Source: Bdellovibrionales bacterium
GTDB lineage: Bacteria > Bdellovibrionota > Bdellovibrionia > Bdellovibrionales > UBA1609
Direction of reading: 5' to 3'
Assembly (NCBI GenBank): GCA_965261545.1
Contig: CBDHDF010000010.1
Coordinates: 736,001-800,000, forward strand
Length of the DNA stretch: 64,000 nucleotides
Position numbers and translations under genes: made by a program. The notes below the pieces were generated by a model. That model did not search any database, was not told the origin of the DNA, and worked only from the letters and a program-made list of their open reading frames with translations. Below are positions 62,150 to 64,000 of the stretch, piece after piece (within the stretch, counting starts at the first letter, position 1; every line of letters starts with the position of its first letter).

Positions 62150-62485
62150 ACTACATGGTCGGTAGTTATTCTCCCTGAGGTGTTAGGCGCCAATTAAAAT
62201 TGGCCATTTTTAGAAGCCGTCGCCAATGAAAAACGGCCAGTTGATGATGTACTGATTTAGTTATTCTTCGTTCAGAGTTTAGTCAAGTGTCTTTATTTTG
62301 CTCATCATTTAACTCGGACTATGCCACAAGATTCTGAGGAATGATTTTCTGCCCACCACTTTTGGCATGACCCCAAATGCATCCTTCAGCCCTATGGCAG
62401 AGGTAAATGGAGTATTTTTCAGGATTCCTTGGCGCAGCTAATGTCTAAAGCTCCGCGAGAGTGACGAGCAAATAGTACGGTAAAA

Positions 62486-62583
62486 GCCAGTTATCCATAA
62501 ATTTATCCATGGCGACACTGCGGCTGTGACCCCGATGTCTAGCAACGCAGTGCTGCTGTGGATAAATTTTGTGGATAACTGGC
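62486..62583. repeat. Long imperfect inverted repeat containing DnaA-box sequences
   Basis: GCCAGTTATCCATAAATTTATCCATGGCGACACTGCG ... CGCAGTGCTGCTGTGGATAAATTTTGTGGATAACTGGC. Confidence 0.85.
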
Positions 62584-62610
62584 GAGTTCCTTCCCCAAAA
62601 GTGGGGATCT

Positions 62611-63393
62611 CTAATGAACTTCTTTGGTTGAACTTTCCTCTTTGCTCTGTTTAGACTTGGCTTTTGCCGATTCGGTTCTCCAACTTTCTTTTCCTTCAAT
62701 GTTGAGGGTTTCACAGTTGTGAATGATTCGATCAACAGCAGCAGCGGTGGTAATAGGGTTAAGAAACACCTTATCCCATTCAGAGTATGTTAAGTTTGTA
62801 GTGATCATGAGACTTTTCCTTTCATATCGCTGAGATATGAATTGAAAGAAAAGATCTGCCCCCTCTGTGCAGGAAGCTGTATAGCCAAGTTCATCACAAG
62901 CAATAAGATCAAAACGGTCTAATTTCTTAAAAAGAGCATTCAATGAGAGTTCTTTCTTGCTTTCACGCATTGTTTCAATAAGTTCATGAGTGGTGACCCA
63001 TAAACATCGATAGCCTTGTTCACAGAGTGAACGAACTAGGGACATGGCCAAATGACTTTTCCCCATTCCAAAGCTTCCGTAAAACACAACATTACAGGCT
63101 TTTCTGACCCACTCTCCCTCTGCCATCCAATTAATTTGCTGAGCTGTCACTCCCGTTCTTTTCTGGAAGTTATAAGTTTGGAGTGATTTAAGTTGAGGAA
63201 GCTTGGCCCCCTTAAGCAATCTTTTCACTCTCTGGGAATGCTTGTCAGCAAGCTCATTTTGAACGAGTATACCTAAATACTGTTCATACGTCTTTTTTGT
63301 TTTTTCGGCAACTCTAGCCGTTGCAACATATTCATCCGCCATCGCTGGAAGTCGGAGTTTTTTAAGAGAACCTATAAGTTCTTCGTGATTCAT
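62611..63393 (-). CDS. istB: IS21 helper ATPase IstB
   Basis: LKKLRLP, GSFGMGKSHLA, LIACDELGY, SQRYERKSLMITTN, AAVDRIIH. Confidence 0.95.
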   Translation of the reverse strand: MNHEELIGSLKKLRLPAMADEYVATARVAEKTKKTYEQYLGILVQNELADKHSQRVKRLLKGAKLPQLKSLQTYNFQKRTGVTAQQINWMAEGEWVRKACNVVFYGSFGMGKSHLAMSLVRSLCEQGYRCLWVTTHELIETMRESKKELSLNALFKKLDRFDLIACDELGYTASCTEGADLFFQFISQRYERKSLMITTNLTYSEWDKVFLNPITTAAAVDRIIHNCETLNIEGKESWRTESAKAKSKQSKEESSTKEVH

Positions 63394-64000
63394 TAAGAAC
63401 CTCCTATGTTTGGAACAAGACTGTCATATTGAGACAATCTAGGTTGAAGTGGTTTTTGTTGGTCATTCAAATTAATTTTGGTGGGATTTCCTAAGAGCAA
63501 ATCTTTTATGGATTTAAAGTCGAAAATCTCACGACTTTCTAATTGAAGCTCCATGGCTGTAGATAAGTCCTGCCAACTCACATGCTGAATCAAGTTGATA
63601 ACTCTTAAATATTCATGCTCGGCACGGCTTGAATCTTGTTGCTTGAGGTATTGATAAAAATTTTCAAACACATTTGTTGGAAAAAGAATGGATCGGTGAG
63701 CCCATCTTACCATGGCTTGCGGCTTACGAACTAAAGAAGGAAGGATATGTTCAAGAAGAAGACTATGCTCCCCATCAGGTTTTCTTTGATGGCGAGCGAC
63801 AATTTCTTGCTTCCCTCCTGCACGATAGATCGTGACATGATAGGGACCCTGTACGGTTTTACAGGGAGATTGGATCACCTCATCAGGTATGGAATATGTG
63901 GTTTTACCTATTCTCAAAGTCCCATAACCATTACTTTGACAAATATTCACCTTACAGAGAATATCTTCATCTCGTGGAGGCAAAGGCTTAAGAACTTTGG
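63393..64000 (-). CDS. istA: IS21 transposase IstA, C-terminal part
   Basis: Frame open to the window edge. LKPLP, TYSIP, IVARH, HILPSLVRKPQA, LSQYDSL. Coupled to istB. Confidence 0.85.
   Translation of the reverse strand, partial: KVLKPLPPRDEDILCKVNICQSNGYGTLRIGKTTYSIPDEVIQSPCKTVQGPYHVTIYRAGGKQEIVARHQRKPDGEHSLLLEHILPSLVRKPQAMVRWAHRSILFPTNVFENFYQYLKQQDSSRAEHEYLRVINLIQHVSWQDLSTAMELQLESREIFDFKSIKDLLLGNPTKINLNDQQKPLQPRLSQYDSLVPNIGGS

Larger units (their letters stand above)
59324..62180 (+). mobile_element. Three-gene transposon (Zn-finger protein, DDE transposase, ExeA-like AAA ATPase); right end not seen
   Basis: Begins TGT exactly where RT homology stops. Spaced TGAC(T/C)A repeats near 59344, 59378 and 59409. 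Runs into an IS21 end at 62181. Confidence 0.75.
62181..64000 (-). mobile_element. IS21-family element (partial)
   Basis: TGT terminus at 62181, repeated CGCCAAT-AAAA--GGCCA at 62188-62206 and 62221-62239, istA-istB pair. Confidence 0.88.

Noticed and set aside
62486..62583. oriC
   Set aside because: It lies inside an IS21, with no dnaA/gidA context and no AT-rich unwinding element.

Overview
Bacterial chromosomal window. Gene content and order suggest a Bdellovibrionota-like organism (inferred, not proven). 1-21.7 kb is housekeeping: queG, hutF, a CHASE2 kinase, ribF, tRNA-Leu(UAG), gcvH/gcvT, a GYF/TPR protein, mdh-sucC-sucD, and a reduced flagellar operon fliL-fliM-fliN-flhF-flhG-fliA that lacks fliO/P/Q/R-flhB-flhA at their usual position. 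22-44.8 kb holds an rve-type IS, two giant modular DUF285/BspA-repeat surface-protein genes (the first split by an IS256 with an 8-bp target site duplication, TSD), and a three-level nest IS4[IS256[IS4]] with all three TSDs intact. 44.8-53.5 kb is housekeeping again (hemN, hemE, lgt, lspA, HU, cupin, BFD-like, DHH). 53.6-64 kb is a chain of broken and mobile DNA: a GC-rich 5-oxoprolinase pseudogene; a 1.94-kb element encoding only a small ORF and a large serine recombinase between 27-bp inverted repeats; a group II intron RT fragment cut at its PQG motif by that element; a three-gene DDE/ATPase transposon; and an IS21 carrying a DnaA-box hairpin. Short tandem duplications occur in many genes and spacers. 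The best candidates for something new are the minimal IS-like serine-recombinase element and the export-gate-less flagellar operon.
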